A stretch of DNA of 63,878 bases, counting the filler, from Octopus bimaculoides (Eukaryota), in the NCBI RefSeq assembly GCF_001194135.2. It is 6 parts of 6 records of this genome, joined end to end, with 100 filler letters (N's around TTAATTAATTAA, not from the genome) between each part and the next. Parts side by side here need not be neighbours in the genome. Positions count along the whole stretch, not along the records: positions 13,653 to 35,515 come from NC_068987.1; positions 35,616 to 39,503 come from NC_068984.1; positions 39,604 to 52,008 come from NC_068985.1; 3 more parts are not named here. One strand, written 5' to 3'. Made by a program: the position numbers and the translations under genes. This document shows, one piece after another, positions 28,020-42,477 of the stretch (the first letter of the stretch is position 1; each line of letters begins with the position of its first letter). Under the pieces are notes generated by a model, which saw only the letters and a program-made list of their open reading frames with translations, did no database searches and was not told the origin of the DNA.

Positions 28020-28295
28020 TCCACATAAATTATCGTCTTCCAATCTGCTTCCAATTCAGTGGTTTGGTTACTACAACAGCTTGAATTTCAAGGACTTACA
28101 GCTCTTCAATATCCTCCAAACAAGCCTGGGAGACCTAGATGGGGTGGATGTAGGTATCTTCATTGCAAAATTAGATTGCCACCTGTCAAGAGTTCCGGAT
28201 GAAACTACCTCACAGCAGGAAATGCAGATGAGGGCAGCAACATCAAATTCCTTAATTTACCACGTGCTACATATCGGAGCAAGGTTAAAGAGTCA
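28020..28295 (+). mobile_element. CR1/L2-like LINE 3' end
   Basis: NSLNFKDLQLFNIL..GVDV..FIAKLD..LSRVPDE..RAATSNSL, typical of ORF2 C-termini. Confidence 0.65.
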
Positions 28296-28914
28296 TAATT
28301 CTTCACCGTTTTATACAAACAAACATGTATATAACATCAGCCATCTGATTCTATGAGTGACGTCATCGACACACCTCCACAGATGGCAGTGTTTCAACAA
28401 TATAGATAGTAGTTCTTAAAGTCTTTGTTCATGAAAGCTGTGAAATATCATTTTAAAAAATGGCTTGAAGACAGTAATACACAGAGGTTAATGTAGAGTC
28501 TGATGCATAAATAACTGGCCCCCCGTCAGTTACGACGACGAGAGTTCCAGCTGATCCGATCGACGGAACAACGTGCTCGTGAAATTAACGTGAAAATGGC
28601 TGAGTACTCCACAGACACGCGTGCCCTTAACGTAGTTCTCAGGGAGATTCAGCGTGTCACAGAATGTGCGTTAGGCAACGTACTCTGCGGAGGGAAAGAG
28701 ACGGATGGTCACTGTTTGAATGCTATGAATATCTTTAACCCTAGGTTTACTCGATTTGAACTCACCTGTGGGATTTGAAACTCAACAACAATTTGCTGCC
28801 TTCCAAGCCATGTCTGCGACTTTTGGCGAAAAGGAGAGCGAGGAATTGCAACAACTTGGAAAGATTTTGTGTCTAGTATGTGCAGTGTGTTATTGACAAT
28901 ATCGTACCACAGTA

Positions 28915-29185
28915 CAACCATCATCACCATCATCATTAACATCATCATCATCGTCATCGTCGTCGTCATCGTCATTACCATTCTCGTCACCATCTTTCGT
29001 CGTCATCATCACCACCACCACCCAGCATCACTATCATCACCACCACTACAACCATCATCGTCATCTTTCATCATCATCATCATCATCATCTTTCATCTTC
29101 TTTCAGAATCATCCTAATCATTATCATCATCATCCTAATCGTCATCGTCAGCATCATCATCAGCATCATCATCACCATCATCCTT
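28915..29185. repeat. Degenerate (CAT/CAC/CGT)n tract
   Basis: Directly visible. Confidence 0.9.
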
Positions 29186-29659
29186 ACCATCATAATTTTC
29201 ATTTTCTGTGTACGCAGTCGCTCGATCTGCTCAATTTAGCAGCTAAAAATTTTCTTGCCATCTGAATATTGTGGGATGTTCACACCCGCCTCTCGTTTTT
29301 TTCAAGAACATTTCTGAAAGGGAAAATTTACAACCAAGAAACAAACACACCCACCCCATCTCCCCCACTGCTATCCCTTACTTACCTGCGATTCCTCACT
29401 CTACGATGTTTGGCATAGAAATATAATAACCAGATTATCTCAAGTAAGTGAAGCATTTAGCAGCAAATTGCACTGAAAGTAAAGAGAGCAAAGTAGCGTC
29501 TTCCACATAATAGCAAAACAATTTTTGCACTGAGACATTTGCTAGAAATTGTGGGGTTTTGAGTGGAAGAGAATCAAAATCAAGTGAAAGAGAATCAGAA
29601 AGTTATGGATAACAGAAATAATGAAACTCAACGTTCGTTCGTAAGTACCTGGTAGTGCA

Positions 29660-29706
29660 CGGTTTGAAATGGTGTCAAGCAGGGTGACATCCTTGCCCCA
29701 ACTCTC
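29660..29706 (+). mobile_element. RTE-like RT fragment
   Basis: GVKQGDILAPTL motif. Confidence 0.6.
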
Positions 29707-29761
29707 ATACATACATACATACATATAAAGAGAGAGAGAGAGAGAGGGGGGAAGAAAGAGG

Positions 29762-30215
<454 letters not shown>

Positions 30216-30335
30216 AGGAAAAGATAAAATATATACATACATGCACACATACATTTATACATACATACACATATATATATATATATATATATAGATGTAT
30301 GTACATATATAGATGTATGTATATATATGAATGTA

Positions 30336-30368
<33 letters not shown>

Positions 30369-31149
30369 GCATACATACCTGTATGTGTTTTATGCAGGTG
30401 GATATCAATGTATGTGTGTGTGTGTGTGTGTGTGTATCAGTGTATATACGTACGTACGTTTGTATGTATGACCGTATATTTAACTGCTACCGTCTGCTGT
30501 ATAGAGTTGGTGTGGTGTCGCCATTATAAATAAAATTCCGATCTTTCTCCCAGTAATATATCAAAATATTTAAGCATGTCCTTCTAACTTGTCAAAAGAA
30601 AACATCGGAAAATACAAACAGAGAATAATGGCTTTGAAAAGTGTTGAAGCAATAACATCTGCTCGAATTTAACCGTGTGACTCACATCGACATAACTGCT
30701 GAGTGTCAACGGAATGGCGAGAGGGGTGGTGATGCATTGTGGGTATAGTATTGTGTCAGAAATGGGCAGTGCGGAAGGGAATGCCAGTGTTGAGGAGAGA
30801 AAACTGAAGGAGAATGACAAGGAATATGAGGAAGAGAGAGAGAGAGAGAGAGGGAGGTTGGGAGAATGAAAAAGAGATGTTGAGATTTGTCTTAAGGCAG
30901 CAAACGAAATATTAAGAGAAGCGTTTCAAGAGAAACGGGCAGAGAGAGACTATAAGAATAGATGAAAAGAAAGAGACAGTAAGATATTGAGAGCTCACAC
31001 ACACATACATACAAACATGCATACCTAGATATATGTTAGATGTATGTATATATGCACACACACACGCACACACGCACACACATATGCACCCGTACACAGA
31101 CACACAAATGAAGGTTTATCAAATACCATACAACATAAATTCATGATTT

Positions 31150-31392
31150 ATTCAAATCATCTCCGCCTCTTTTGCGGGACAGGTGTTCAGAAGAAAGGAC
31201 AATAGATGGAATAGCAATCTGAGAGAGTCGACAGAAAGAAGAGGGAGGAGAAAATCATGCAGAAGTAGAAATGAGGAGTCTGTTAAATTCTTCGGCACCC
31301 AAAACATGGATGAGGAAAACATCAGACCGTGGTTGGTGGAGAGAACATGAAGCTTTTGTCCAGCAATAGACTGAACGTGTGCAATGATGATG
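31150..31392 (+). mobile_element. RTE-clade LINE 3' end
   Basis: WMRKTSDRGWWREHEAFVQQ followed by a (TGA)n tail. Confidence 0.7.
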
Positions 31393-31852
31393 TTTATATA
31401 TATATATATATATATATATATNNNNNNNNNNNNNNNNNNNNNNNNNNNNNNNNNNNNNNNNNNNNNNNNNNNNNNNNNNNNNNNNNNNNNNNNNNNNNNN
31501 NNNNNNNNNNNNNNNNNNNNNNNNNNNNNNNNNNNNNNNNNNNNNNNNNNNNNNNNNNNNNNNNNNNNNNNNNNNNNNNNNNNNNNNNNNNNNNNNNNNN
31601 NNNNNNNNNNNNNNNNNNNNNNNNNNNNNNNNNNNNNNNNNNNNNNNNNNNNNNNNNNNNNNNNNNNNNNNNNNNNNNNNNNNNNNNNNNNNNNNNNNNN
31701 NNNNNNNNNNNNNNNNNNNNNNNNNNNNNNNNNNNNNNNNNNNNNNNNNNNNNNNNNNNNNNNNNNNNNNNNNNNNNNNNNNNNNNNNNNNNNNNNNNNN
31801 NCCCAATGTATATATGTATGTGATATGTGTGTATATATACATATATATAACA

Positions 31853-31908
<56 letters not shown>

Positions 31909-32354
31909 CATAGTCATACTTCTGTTTCATTGTGGTCTAAATTTCTGATCTGAATACAGCCATAAATTTTTAATGAACCAAATAATCAAAGAGTTTCGTC
32001 GTCAAAAAACCATTGAAACATTATCAAGATATTCTGACCTGAATGAATAATGCAGGTCGCCGCCGCCGGCCGAGTCATATTAGAAGAAGAAGGACTTAAT
32101 TCAACCGGCGGCAACCTGTATAATCCTGCATAAAATTTCACATTTTACACATTGTTTTGCAGCTGATTCAGACATGCTTAATTTAATTAGACTGAAACCG
32201 GTTTTAAACGTAGATGACAGCAAAAGTCTTGGACAGGATACGGACATAATCTAAACACACTACAGCTTAAAGGACTTCTCAGATTTGGGGAATATTTCTA
32301 ATTTTGTTCCTTTTTCTTTAATTAATTAGCTTAATGGACGATGCGTGCTAATTA

Positions 32355-32748
32355 TCTTTCTTTTATCTCTTATCTTTCGCTTGTTTCAGTCATTTGACTG
32401 CGGCCATGCTGGGGCACCGCCTTCAAGAATTTTTAATCGAATGAATTGACCCCACACACACACACCTTTTTTTAAAGCCTGGTACTCATTCTAGCGGTCT
32501 TTCGCCGAACCGCTAAGTTACGAGGACGTAAACACACCAACACTGGTTAGTAAGCAGTGGTAGATACGCGCGCGTGCGCGCGCGTATATATACCACAGGC
32601 TTCTTTCAGTTTCAGTCAACCAAATCCACTCACAAGACTTTCCGAGGCTAGAGTAGAAGACACTTCCCCAAGGTGCCACGCTGTGGGACTGAACTCGGAA
32701 CCATGTGGTTGAGAAGCAAACTTCTTACCACACAGCCACACCTGCACC
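32355..32748 (-). mobile_element. SINE family C, full length with short internal tract
   Basis: Reverse match; internal tract only about 30 bp of (GC)/(TA). Confidence 0.85.
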
Positions 32749-33573
32749 TATTATACTGATTTTTTCCATTTATTTATAATGACTTATTTCNNNNNNNNNN
32801 NNNNNNNNNNNNNNNNNNNNNNNNNNNNNNNNNNNNNNNNNNNNNNNNNNNNNNNNNNNNNNNNNNNNNNNNNNNNNNNNNNNNNNNNNNNNNNNNNNNN
32901 NNNNNNNNNNNNNNNNNNNNNNNNNNNNNNNNNNNNNNNNNNNNNNNNNNNNNNNNNNNNNNNNNGAAAAAAAATGTTTCCCATTGAATTCTTGGCAAAT
33001 GAAGTCACACAATCCAAATATATCACAAAGTACATGTTTCTGTCTTCTCGCTTCGAACCGTTTTAAACTAGCAAAAAACATGTTCTCCATTCGTTTTGCT
33101 TTTTAGAAAGTTCTTTCCAAGAGTCGGGATCAAATATAAAGTTATCCTTAAGCTATCCTCGTAACGTAAGAGGGGACATCCTTAAGGGCGTTTGCTGGCC
33201 ATAAAGTTAACCACAGAACTACTGATTGGGGAACCTATTAACTTTCATTCAAACCAAGTAATGTTGCATCGCAGCAAAATTTCACTGTTTCTCACTTTTT
33301 CTTGCCATTTAACACTGCAATTTGTACGCAGACATTACATGTGAAACGAGTCGAGTAGGTTTACATGCTAGCGGTGTAGTGTTGACTGACACGAAAATGA
33401 GTATTTAGTACTATAGCAGAGATTAATATTATCTTTATTTTGGTCGAGTCAGTCTCTTGGTACCCTGAAGTTCGCCTATGGGTGCACAAGTTACGTCGTA
33501 ACGTTCTTAAGGAACCTGGGCACCCACAGACGAAACTCAAAGTAGCAAGAAACTCTCAGCCAACATACACACA

Positions 33574-33669
<96 letters not shown>

Positions 33670-33672
<3 letters not shown>

Positions 33673-34945
33673 TATATAAGATCTGTAGGAAATATAACAT
33701 TTTGCTGACAGATACTGACAGGAGCGAGCCGGACATGTTTGGCATATTTCCATAAAACTGGTAGGGCAAACATCCAAACCAGACGATTTTTCCCTTCAAA
33801 CAACCACTCACCATCAACCGTATCTCAATTACCGTTACAAGTTTTCCGTCGTCACCCCCACCACCTCAAGCAACAGCCGCAGCATGCTATCGAGGTAAGC
33901 ACTGAAGTCTACCGTCTGCTCCCTCCAAATAAGTGGGTAATGAACTGCTGGAAAACCTCTTACATTTGCTTCGAATTGAACTATAGGCAGACGTTTCGGT
34001 CTGTCAAAGATTGAATTATGGTTTATGGTCACTTCTCACCTCTACCATTCGAAGGCTTTCATTCCTGCGTGTTCAAGAACACACGCCTCAGCTCTAGCAA
34101 TGTAATTTTTGTATTTAGCCTCGAAGAAATGTTCGACCACCATTTTCACCGCAGCTATGTCGGTTGAGATGCCCTTTCTACTCGCTTTTTCTGATATGCT
34201 ATTTGCCTTCTCTACTAAACATCTCCTTTCTTTACTATATTCAATCACTTCTACTCTAATTACTTCCTTTAGCTGGATCCACCAACAAGTGTTAACGATC
34301 GCTATTTCAACGCACTATTAATGGGTTTTCAATAATCCGGTTACTGTAGGCTTTTTGTGCTGAGAACAAGGTCAACTTCCAGACTCCTGTGAACGCGTCC
34401 AAACTATGTTGACCGCACGAGATTAAAACAATTGGCTTGTGATCACATATCACAAACTGTAGTCTGAAAAGCCGACTAACAGCATTTGTGAACTCTCTGC
34501 ATTATCGTCATGCACTAACCAAGTAAATACTTTATCTAGATATATATAATGTGATTGTCCCAATCCATATTGGCACATTTGAGAAATCCAGTTGTTACCT
34601 ATCAGATAGAACTTTCTGGGCAGGTTTGTCGAACTTAAACCCAGCTGTCTCATCGAATATTCCTACGCAGTTACTGCCATTCCAATCGCCCAGTATCACT
34701 AACGAGCGGAATGCTCACAAGAATGTTTCTAGATGCATAAAAAAAAATTGGACAGCTCTTCCTCAGTTGAAATACAATCAGCACAAATTTTCGATACTGG
34801 TCACGTCCATGATTTTCATCCCAGCCCTGACACACCATCCGAATCTAAGAAAATTGTCTGTTTTTCTTAATACAGATCTTTCTTACGTAACACTGCAATT
34901 CCGCTGTTCAGATGGTAAAATCATTGGAACTTTCAAAGGTTAATT
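33670..34945 (-). mobile_element. Degenerate Tx1/L1-like LINE ORF2 (APE endonuclease to RT linker)
   Basis: SGIAVL, LVILGDWN, CDHK, GVWKL and GCLPYQFY motifs across frameshifts; colinear with 46064-46730. Confidence 0.75.
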
Positions 34946-35515
34946 ACCTGAAGAAAGAAAATGGTGACATAAAAGACGCTTAATTGAGTCATTTTATGTT
35001 TCGGACAGACTGTAGTCGCCGCTATACACTTCCATTGCATGGATGCCTCGAAGACACTAAAACTTTATCCAAAAAGCTTCCGGTGGTAAGGATTTGTTTC
35101 CGTTCGTTAAGTTTCTTGTTCATTTCCAAACGATGATAATAAATACTTAAATATTTAATAACTATTTAAGATGTCGTTGAACGCAACAATGCTGATACTA
35201 AGAATAAATACAGACACAACATTGATTTACCGGAATTCTTGGATCCAAAGCCTTTCCGGGGAACTGATTATTGCGAACCAGGGATTGTCACCTTATATGG
35301 TCATGTGTTTCAGTCTCCTTTTGCGTATGTGTGCATGTCTGTTCATATAACCTATGTACCTATCCGTCTGTATGTTGATCTGTTTATCTTCATATTCATA
35401 TGCTTGCAGGAAAATAAAAATAAGAAATAAGTGGAAATTTTATCGGTGAGTGTGTTAAATTATAAGGCACAAAAAGAAAATGACTCTCTCCAGACACAAC
35501 AGATTATATATATAT

Positions 35516-35615
35516 NNNNNNNNNNNNNNNNNNNNNNNNNNNNNNNNNNNNNNNNNNNNTTAATTAATTAANNNNNNNNNNNNNNNNNNNNNNNNNNNNN
35601 NNNNNNNNNNNNNNN
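35516..35615. other. Artificial contig-join spacer
   Basis: TTAATTAATTAA at 35560-35571. Confidence 0.95.
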
Positions 35616-35679
<64 letters not shown>

Positions 35680-37425
35680 AAATTAAACAAAAATGCAATA
35701 GAGGACAATAAAACATTCGGCGTTATAGACGATGCAAAGACGGATAAGAGAAACAATAATTAGGACAGGGAAAAAAGACGAGTCATTCGTGGCCTTCTTT
35801 CGTCAGTCAAGTTACCAGAAGTCCTTACTGTTTCGGGCAGTTACACTTGAGACAGTTGGATCTGGTTGCCCCCAAAAAAGGTCTAAGTTAAGAGCATTAA
35901 ATTTTTTGTAAGAAAGCTAGCGAATGTGTACGGCAACAGAGACAAAAAATGGAGAACATGATACACAGTTACAATACACACACACACACACGTACACACA
36001 CACATGCACATGCACATATATGTGTTGATGGTGTTGCCACTGGTATTTGATGACTTCGACAGAATTTGGAGAAGTATCATGGTCAACTGGTAATTTTTAA
36101 AAGTTAATGAATTTATTGATCTGTAATATCAAAAATCTTCAACTCTTTGACAATGTGTCTTTGGTAACATCATTAAATGATCTCTTGTTTGTTTTCAATC
36201 GTTCCTAGATTTATGCGTATTTAAACAGAACGATTGATTAGCTTATGACGAATTTTAGCTTAAAACATCTCAAGATATCTCAAAGTGAAAATTGTTATAT
36301 CATGAATTAAGGAGAAATGAGATTTAACATATCTGTTCATGAAATATGTCACTATATTATTGCGTGAAGAACCGCAAATACTTTGTAAGTTTAAATTTAT
36401 TTAGTAAACGAAAGGAATGAAGATTTTACGTTACATTTTCTCGATTTATTCGAAGGTTGTTAAATATAGTGTGATCAGCTTTTATACTAGTTGTGTACAA
36501 TTGGAAATCTAAATAGAAAACCGATGATGGAAATACGACAGTTAGTCCGTAACCAGCATCGGAAGATGTCGAATACTAAGCCATTCCTTAAGGAGACTTT
36601 CAGGTAGAAAGAGTATTTTCAGAGTCGCCTGAAATAGAAAAAAAAAACAAAACAGAAAACACATAATCAATAATTAAAATACTTATCTGTAACAATTGTA
36701 CTCTATTCATATGATAGAGTATGTTTAGACGAAGATGGCGATTCACGAAGACACTACAGAAAATTTCTTACCTGATGCAGTATTTCAGACAACAATCTAC
36801 ATGGATGGCGGATTTATTAGTGCCAGAAGTCAAGCACGATGGAACACACATTATTTCCGCATTAGGTCATGCTGTTTTCTCGAATACTTAAATGCATAGT
36901 TCATGGGAAGTAACTATATTTTGAATGTGGAAGTAATTCCTGGTGGTCCAGGCTCACATATATGCACGCATTCTCTTGAAAACTCAGCAGACAATACAAG
37001 CACAAGAATATCAAATTTATCACCTGACATGAAAATATTCAACAACGTCGCCTTTTAATACAACAGAGTCTCAGTAACGATTGGCTTCGTTGAAAAACTA
37101 TAGTAGATTGCACAAACTATACAAAAAGGGATTTGTGATCCTGGACAATCTCCTATTCAGCAAGTAATGTAAGTAAAAATACAGCGAGAGACTTCCTTGC
37201 CCTCATAACCATGAAGTTATCAGTTATACAAGGTATTTAACTGAGATGGCGTATAAGCCAGGTATTCACTGCATAAGAAGCCTCATATCGTCAATGACAG
37301 AATCAATACTACGTCGTTGTTCCACTATGACTAATTCTAGGAGATAAGAGAAATAAACATCGTTTCCATAAAATGGTGTAGTGCTAAACTAGTTAGCCTA
37401 CAAACGGTGCTAATATATGTAACTT

Positions 37426-37645
37426 ATGGCGGCGAGCTGGCAGAAACGTTAGCACGCCGGGTGAAATGCTTAGCGGTATTTCGGCTGTCTTTACGTTCTG
37501 AGTTCAAACTCGCGAGGTCAACTTTGCCTTTCATCCTTTCGGAGGTCGATAAATTAAGTACCAGTTGCGTACTGGGGTCGATCTGATCGACTGGACTCCG
37601 ACTCCCCAAAAATGTCGGGCTTTGTGCCTAGAGTAGAAAAGAATA
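37426..37645 (+). mobile_element. SINE family B
   Basis: Full copy, colinear with 22680-22913. Confidence 0.85.
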
Positions 37646-38104
37646 TATGTAACCTATGCAACGCAGAGAAATAAAATATATTAATATCAACAGATACTGA
37701 ATATTAAGAAGGAAATATTTTCAAATTGTCTTCACAAAAGGAAATCGCTTCTAAATTCTTTTGATATACAATCGAAATGAGTTATCTTACGAAAACGCCT
37801 CTGACAACATAGCGAGCCAATTGGATGAGTACCAAGAATTATTCCCTTCTATGAACATGGCATTTATAGGTAACACTCAGTAATTGGACAAATAAATACG
37901 ATCTTCCGTGACGAGTGAACTTAATGCTTGATCTATCATAATTAACAGCAAAATCTTCCCTTCATGTCCGCACACTGATCAGTTTATATAGTCCGATAAA
38001 AAGGGAAGCTGCCTTAATCATGAATAAGGAAACAAATTACAGAAACATCGGGTGTATAACTGTAGATAAATATGTACATATTTTATTTATTATGCAACTT
38101 TATC

Positions 38105-38350
38105 TTTTATTTCTTACTTGTTTTAGACTGCGCCCATACTGGAACACCACCTTGGAGAATTTCAGTCGAATGAATCAACCCCAGAACTTATATTTTCTAA
38201 GCCTGGTACATAACCTATCGGTTTCTTTTTGCCGAACCGTTAAATTACGGGGACATAAATGCACCAACATCGGTTGTCAAGCGATAGTAGGGAGGACGAA
38301 CACAAATACAAAAACTCGCACGCACACAGACACACACACACATACATGTA

Positions 38351-38381
<31 letters not shown>

Positions 38382-39055
38382 NNNNNNNNNNNNNNNNNNN
38401 NNNNNNNNNNNNNNNNNNNNNNNNNNNNNNNNNNNNNNNNNNNNNNNNNNNNNNNNNNNNNNNNNNNNNNNNNNNNNNNNNNNNNNNNNNNNNNNNNNNN
38501 NNNNNNNNNNNNNNNNNNNNNNNNNNNNNNNNNNNNNNNNNNNNNNNNNNNNNNNNNNNNNNNNNNNNNNNNNNNNNNNNNNNNNNNNNNNNNNNNNNNN
38601 NNNNNNNNNNNNNNNNNNNNNNNNNNNNNNNNNNNNNNNNNNNNNNNNNNNNNNNNNNNNNNNNNNNNNNNNNNNNNNNNNNNNNNNNNNNNNNNNNNNN
38701 NNNNNNNNNNNNNNNNNNNNNNNNNNNNNNNNNNNNNNNNNNNNNNNNNNNNNNNNNNNNNNNNNNNNNNNNNNNNNNNNNNNNNNNNNNNNNNNNNNNN
38801 NNNNNNNNNNNNNNNNNNNNNNNNNNNNNNNNNNNNNNNNNNNNNNNNNNNNNNNNNNNNNNNNNNNNNNNNNNNNNATATATATATATATATATAAGAC
38901 GGACTTCTTTCAGTTTCCGTCTACCACAAGGCTTGATCGGGATGAGGTTACAGCAAAAGGCACTTGGACACGTGCCAAAGGTGTCACGTAGTCGGACTGA
39001 ACCCGAAACCATGTAGCTGGGAAGTAAGCTTCTTAGCACACAGTCAGGCCTGCGC
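38105..39055 (-). mobile_element. SINE family C spanning a (TA)n-flanked gap
   Basis: 3' half at 38105-38330 and head at 38895-39055. Confidence 0.75.
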
Positions 39056-39283
39056 CTTAAATTCAAATTGGACTACCTTGACCAGGATGTATATTAATAA
39101 ATATTCAATATACGTTTATATTATTGACATGGGTATTGATCATATGACTGTCTTAAATGGCCAATAGACCTCTTATGGGGAAAATACTTCGTTTAGATCA
39201 ATTAAGGTATGATACATGTATATCTCGATAGCTTCTAAAATATGCATAGAGATATATGTGAATATATATGTGGGGGGTGCGAA

Positions 39284-39352
<69 letters not shown>

Positions 39353-39503
39353 CGTTTGGGGATTTGGTTTGAAAGATTCTTTATGTGATTTCGTATGTTG
39401 AAGCATATTTTGCTATGTCTGGGGAGAGTCATTCTTTTTTAGTGCCTTTTTATTTAACACACTCACCGGTTAAGTTTCCACTCTGTCCGTTATCCGAGCT
39501 GCG

Positions 39504-39603
39504 NNNNNNNNNNNNNNNNNNNNNNNNNNNNNNNNNNNNNNNNNNNNTTAATTAATTAANNNNNNNNNNNNNNNNNNNNNNNNNNNNNNNNNNNNNNNNN
39601 NNN
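39504..39603. other. Artificial contig-join spacer
   Basis: TTAATTAATTAA at 39548-39559. Confidence 0.95.
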
Positions 39604-40444
39604 GTCTTGTAAATTTTGCGGTGTCTGTTCTTTCTTTTTTTTCCTGTGGGGAGAGGGAGTGGGTGGGTTTGGTGTCTGTATAGGGAGGGTGGGTCTGGGT
39701 GGTCTTGGGTATGATGGAGTTGGTCTGGGGTCCAACATCACACTGACTGTTCTTCCTCTTCTTTCTCTTCTTTCTCTTTTTCCTTTTATTCTTTGTCACT
39801 GTCCATTCATCCTCCTTGTTCCTTCCATCTATCTGTACTTCTTTCCTTTTCTCCTCCGTCTCCACCACCGCTTCTTCTGTCGTTTTCCTCTGCAGAGGGC
39901 AGTGCGCTCTAATATGACCCTTTTGGCCACATCTAAAACATCGTCGGATTCTGCCTTCCATCCACACTCTTAACACAATCTCTCCCAATGTTACCATCTC
40001 CGCCAAACTCTCCAATTGCCTCTCCTCTGCTTGTATAATGAGGTCCAGTGTTTTTCCTCTCCATCTTCCGCCCTCCGTTTCCGTGGCTTGGAGGACAGCC
40101 ACCTCCTCCTCACTTTCAACGAGGACGGCTGCCGCAACCCAAACCACTTCTATATCGGGTGGAATTCCTTCTACCCTCACCTTAGAAGTCTTTTTTCCAA
40201 GGTACATGGGTAGAAGTACCACTTCCTCCGTTTTTACAGTTGCACTCGCCAGCCTCTTTGCTTCCTCCGCTGTCCTAAACTGGACAACCACCGTCCCATA
40301 TCCATTTCCTTTCGTTATGTATGTCACTTCCTTCGAAATCCCCTTCAATGCTTTTTCTACTTTTTCCATCTCCATCCGCTCCACCTCCCTATTCTCCACT
40401 GAGTACACCTTGTAGGTAATGGTCTTCTTTTCCATATTTTCCAT
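39604..40444 (-). mobile_element. LINE ORF1 (gag-like) with a CCHC zinc knuckle, open frame into a gap
   Basis: CFRCGQKGHIRAHC; GYGTVVVQF..EEA motif shared with 50750-51860 and 63374-63799. Confidence 0.85.
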
Positions 40445-42477
40445 AACCCTTTTCGGGGATAATAATTTACGTCACCGCCCACCTTCTGTGTCATCTTACT
40501 CAGCTCCTTCAGTCCTGCTAGGCCCATCTCCCTTTTCTTCACCTCTGTATGTATGTATGTATGTATGTATGTATGTATGTATGTATGTATGTTTGTATGT
40601 ATGTTTGTATGTATGTATGTATGTATGTATTTTATGTATGTATGTATGTATGTATGGAACTGTACTAGCATTTTTTTCTTAATTCTTAGATTTCTGAAAC
40701 TGTAAATATTTACTATTCCCGTCAATAGATCCGTATTTGTGTATGTTAAACGTTCTCTTCCATTGCCTAAAATATAAACATTCGCTTGTGATAATTTACT
40801 AAGAATGCTAAGTGTAGTAATAACCATTGGTATAAATGTGAATTTATAATCAGGGTTGAGATTCTGCTGGTCTCGAAGCATTTGTCCCTCAATACTCTCG
40901 CTGATTATGGGGGTCACGAGACAAATTTTCAGATTCGGTTTTAACTTAAAAGAAATGCATATATATTTGGAGGGGGTAGTTACGTGCATGTATGTATGTT
41001 AGTGTGTGTATGTATGTGTGTGTGTGTGAGAGAGTGTGGCTGTGTCTGTCTGTGTCTGTCTGTCTGTCTGTCTGTTTGTTTAAGTTAGCAATAAGCCTAT
41101 ATCTCCTGCAAAGAAGGTTTCATTCTTGGCTACAAGAATGCAATGTTAAATTGACATTGTTCTTTGAAATAAATGTGCAAAGTTATGTTTCTATCGAATG
41201 TCGACCATCATCAGTACAGTCAACATTGATGTACATGTAAGTTTCTTCTCATCGTACAATTTGCCCACACCAAAAGTAATGGAATGTTTATTTTTAATGT
41301 CCTATCCTGGTTGCATTCAGTAGTAATGCTATACTGTTGAAATTTTTACCTTAATTCCAGATCTTAGACCAAAACAATCCAGAGTTACTGAATGGATAGT
41401 ATTTCATTTTCTTGTAAACGATTTGTGGGTCAAGAGAAAACTTGTACTGAATGAGATTTCATGTTGCTTTTACTATTGTTGTTTAAACCCAGGTGATGGA
41501 TCTATCGAGCGACCTGTGACCATGGACGTTCCAACCGTAATCACCACATCTTTTTGTATAAAAACATGCATGGTAGTTATGCAATCATGTCAAAAGTATA
41601 CCTATTTCTCTGTAAAACGATGAGCATGATTAATGGTCGAAATTTTCGACCAAGTTGAGTCTCATAGGATGTGTCCACATAACTTGACTAAATATAACAG
41701 AAACTAGCAGCCGATATATTTATATACATGTCAAATCTAGTAATTCCAGACAACTGGAGCATCTAATTTGCATACTGTAAGTGTTTAACATTTCATTTAA
41801 TATCAGACGGTTATATCTAGGACAACATTCTCCACGTTTCGTTATCGTTTTAACATGGTAGAGTATAACTTGAGTCAGATTTAGTGACAAATCTTCTTTC
41901 GTAAACTCGACGAGCAACAAACAGGAAGACAACTTTAAAAGAAAATGAAACATGATTCAAAGTCATCAATGACGAGATAGCTATTTTGATATTACGTTTT
42001 ATATTGTTTGCTTTTTATTATTGCGCGATTTCTATTTACCTATATTCGTCCTAAACTCGTTTATCCGGATATTTCGGTGATGAATAAAAGAAAAACGTCC
42101 TCAGATAACTAAACATATTTCCAGCTTGCAAAATATTCAAAAGTTTCTATTGACTGTTTGGGTGTATGTTATTTTTCTTTTTAAATGTTTAAAAGGTTTT
42201 TTTTTTTTTAAGTGCAACCTGAAGTGTTATGAATATTTTAGCAAGTAAAACATAATTGATGAAATAAATACATGAAGTTAGTGTTAAAAACCAGTTGGGG
42301 CGGGTGTAGCATGTAGACACAAACTAAAAATATAACAATAAATCGGATATTAGGCTATCAGTGAAATGTAGTGAATCCCGTTAACAAAACTCTCAAATTG
42401 TTGCTGATTCAGAAAACCAAAGTAATCACAAGATACGTATAAATATATTTATAAATAAATCATATACACATACTGAC

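Noticed and set aside
29378-29388. TACTTACCTG resembling the U1 snRNA 5' end
   Set aside because: The following sequence is not U1; it is the reverse complement of a consensus donor.
36733-37200. Plus-strand protein-like frame MAIHEDTT...
   Set aside because: Interrupted by several stops with no recognisable motif.
41634-41652. 19-bp palindrome TGGTCGAAA-T-TTTCGACCA
   Set aside because: Isolated and short, with no supporting context.
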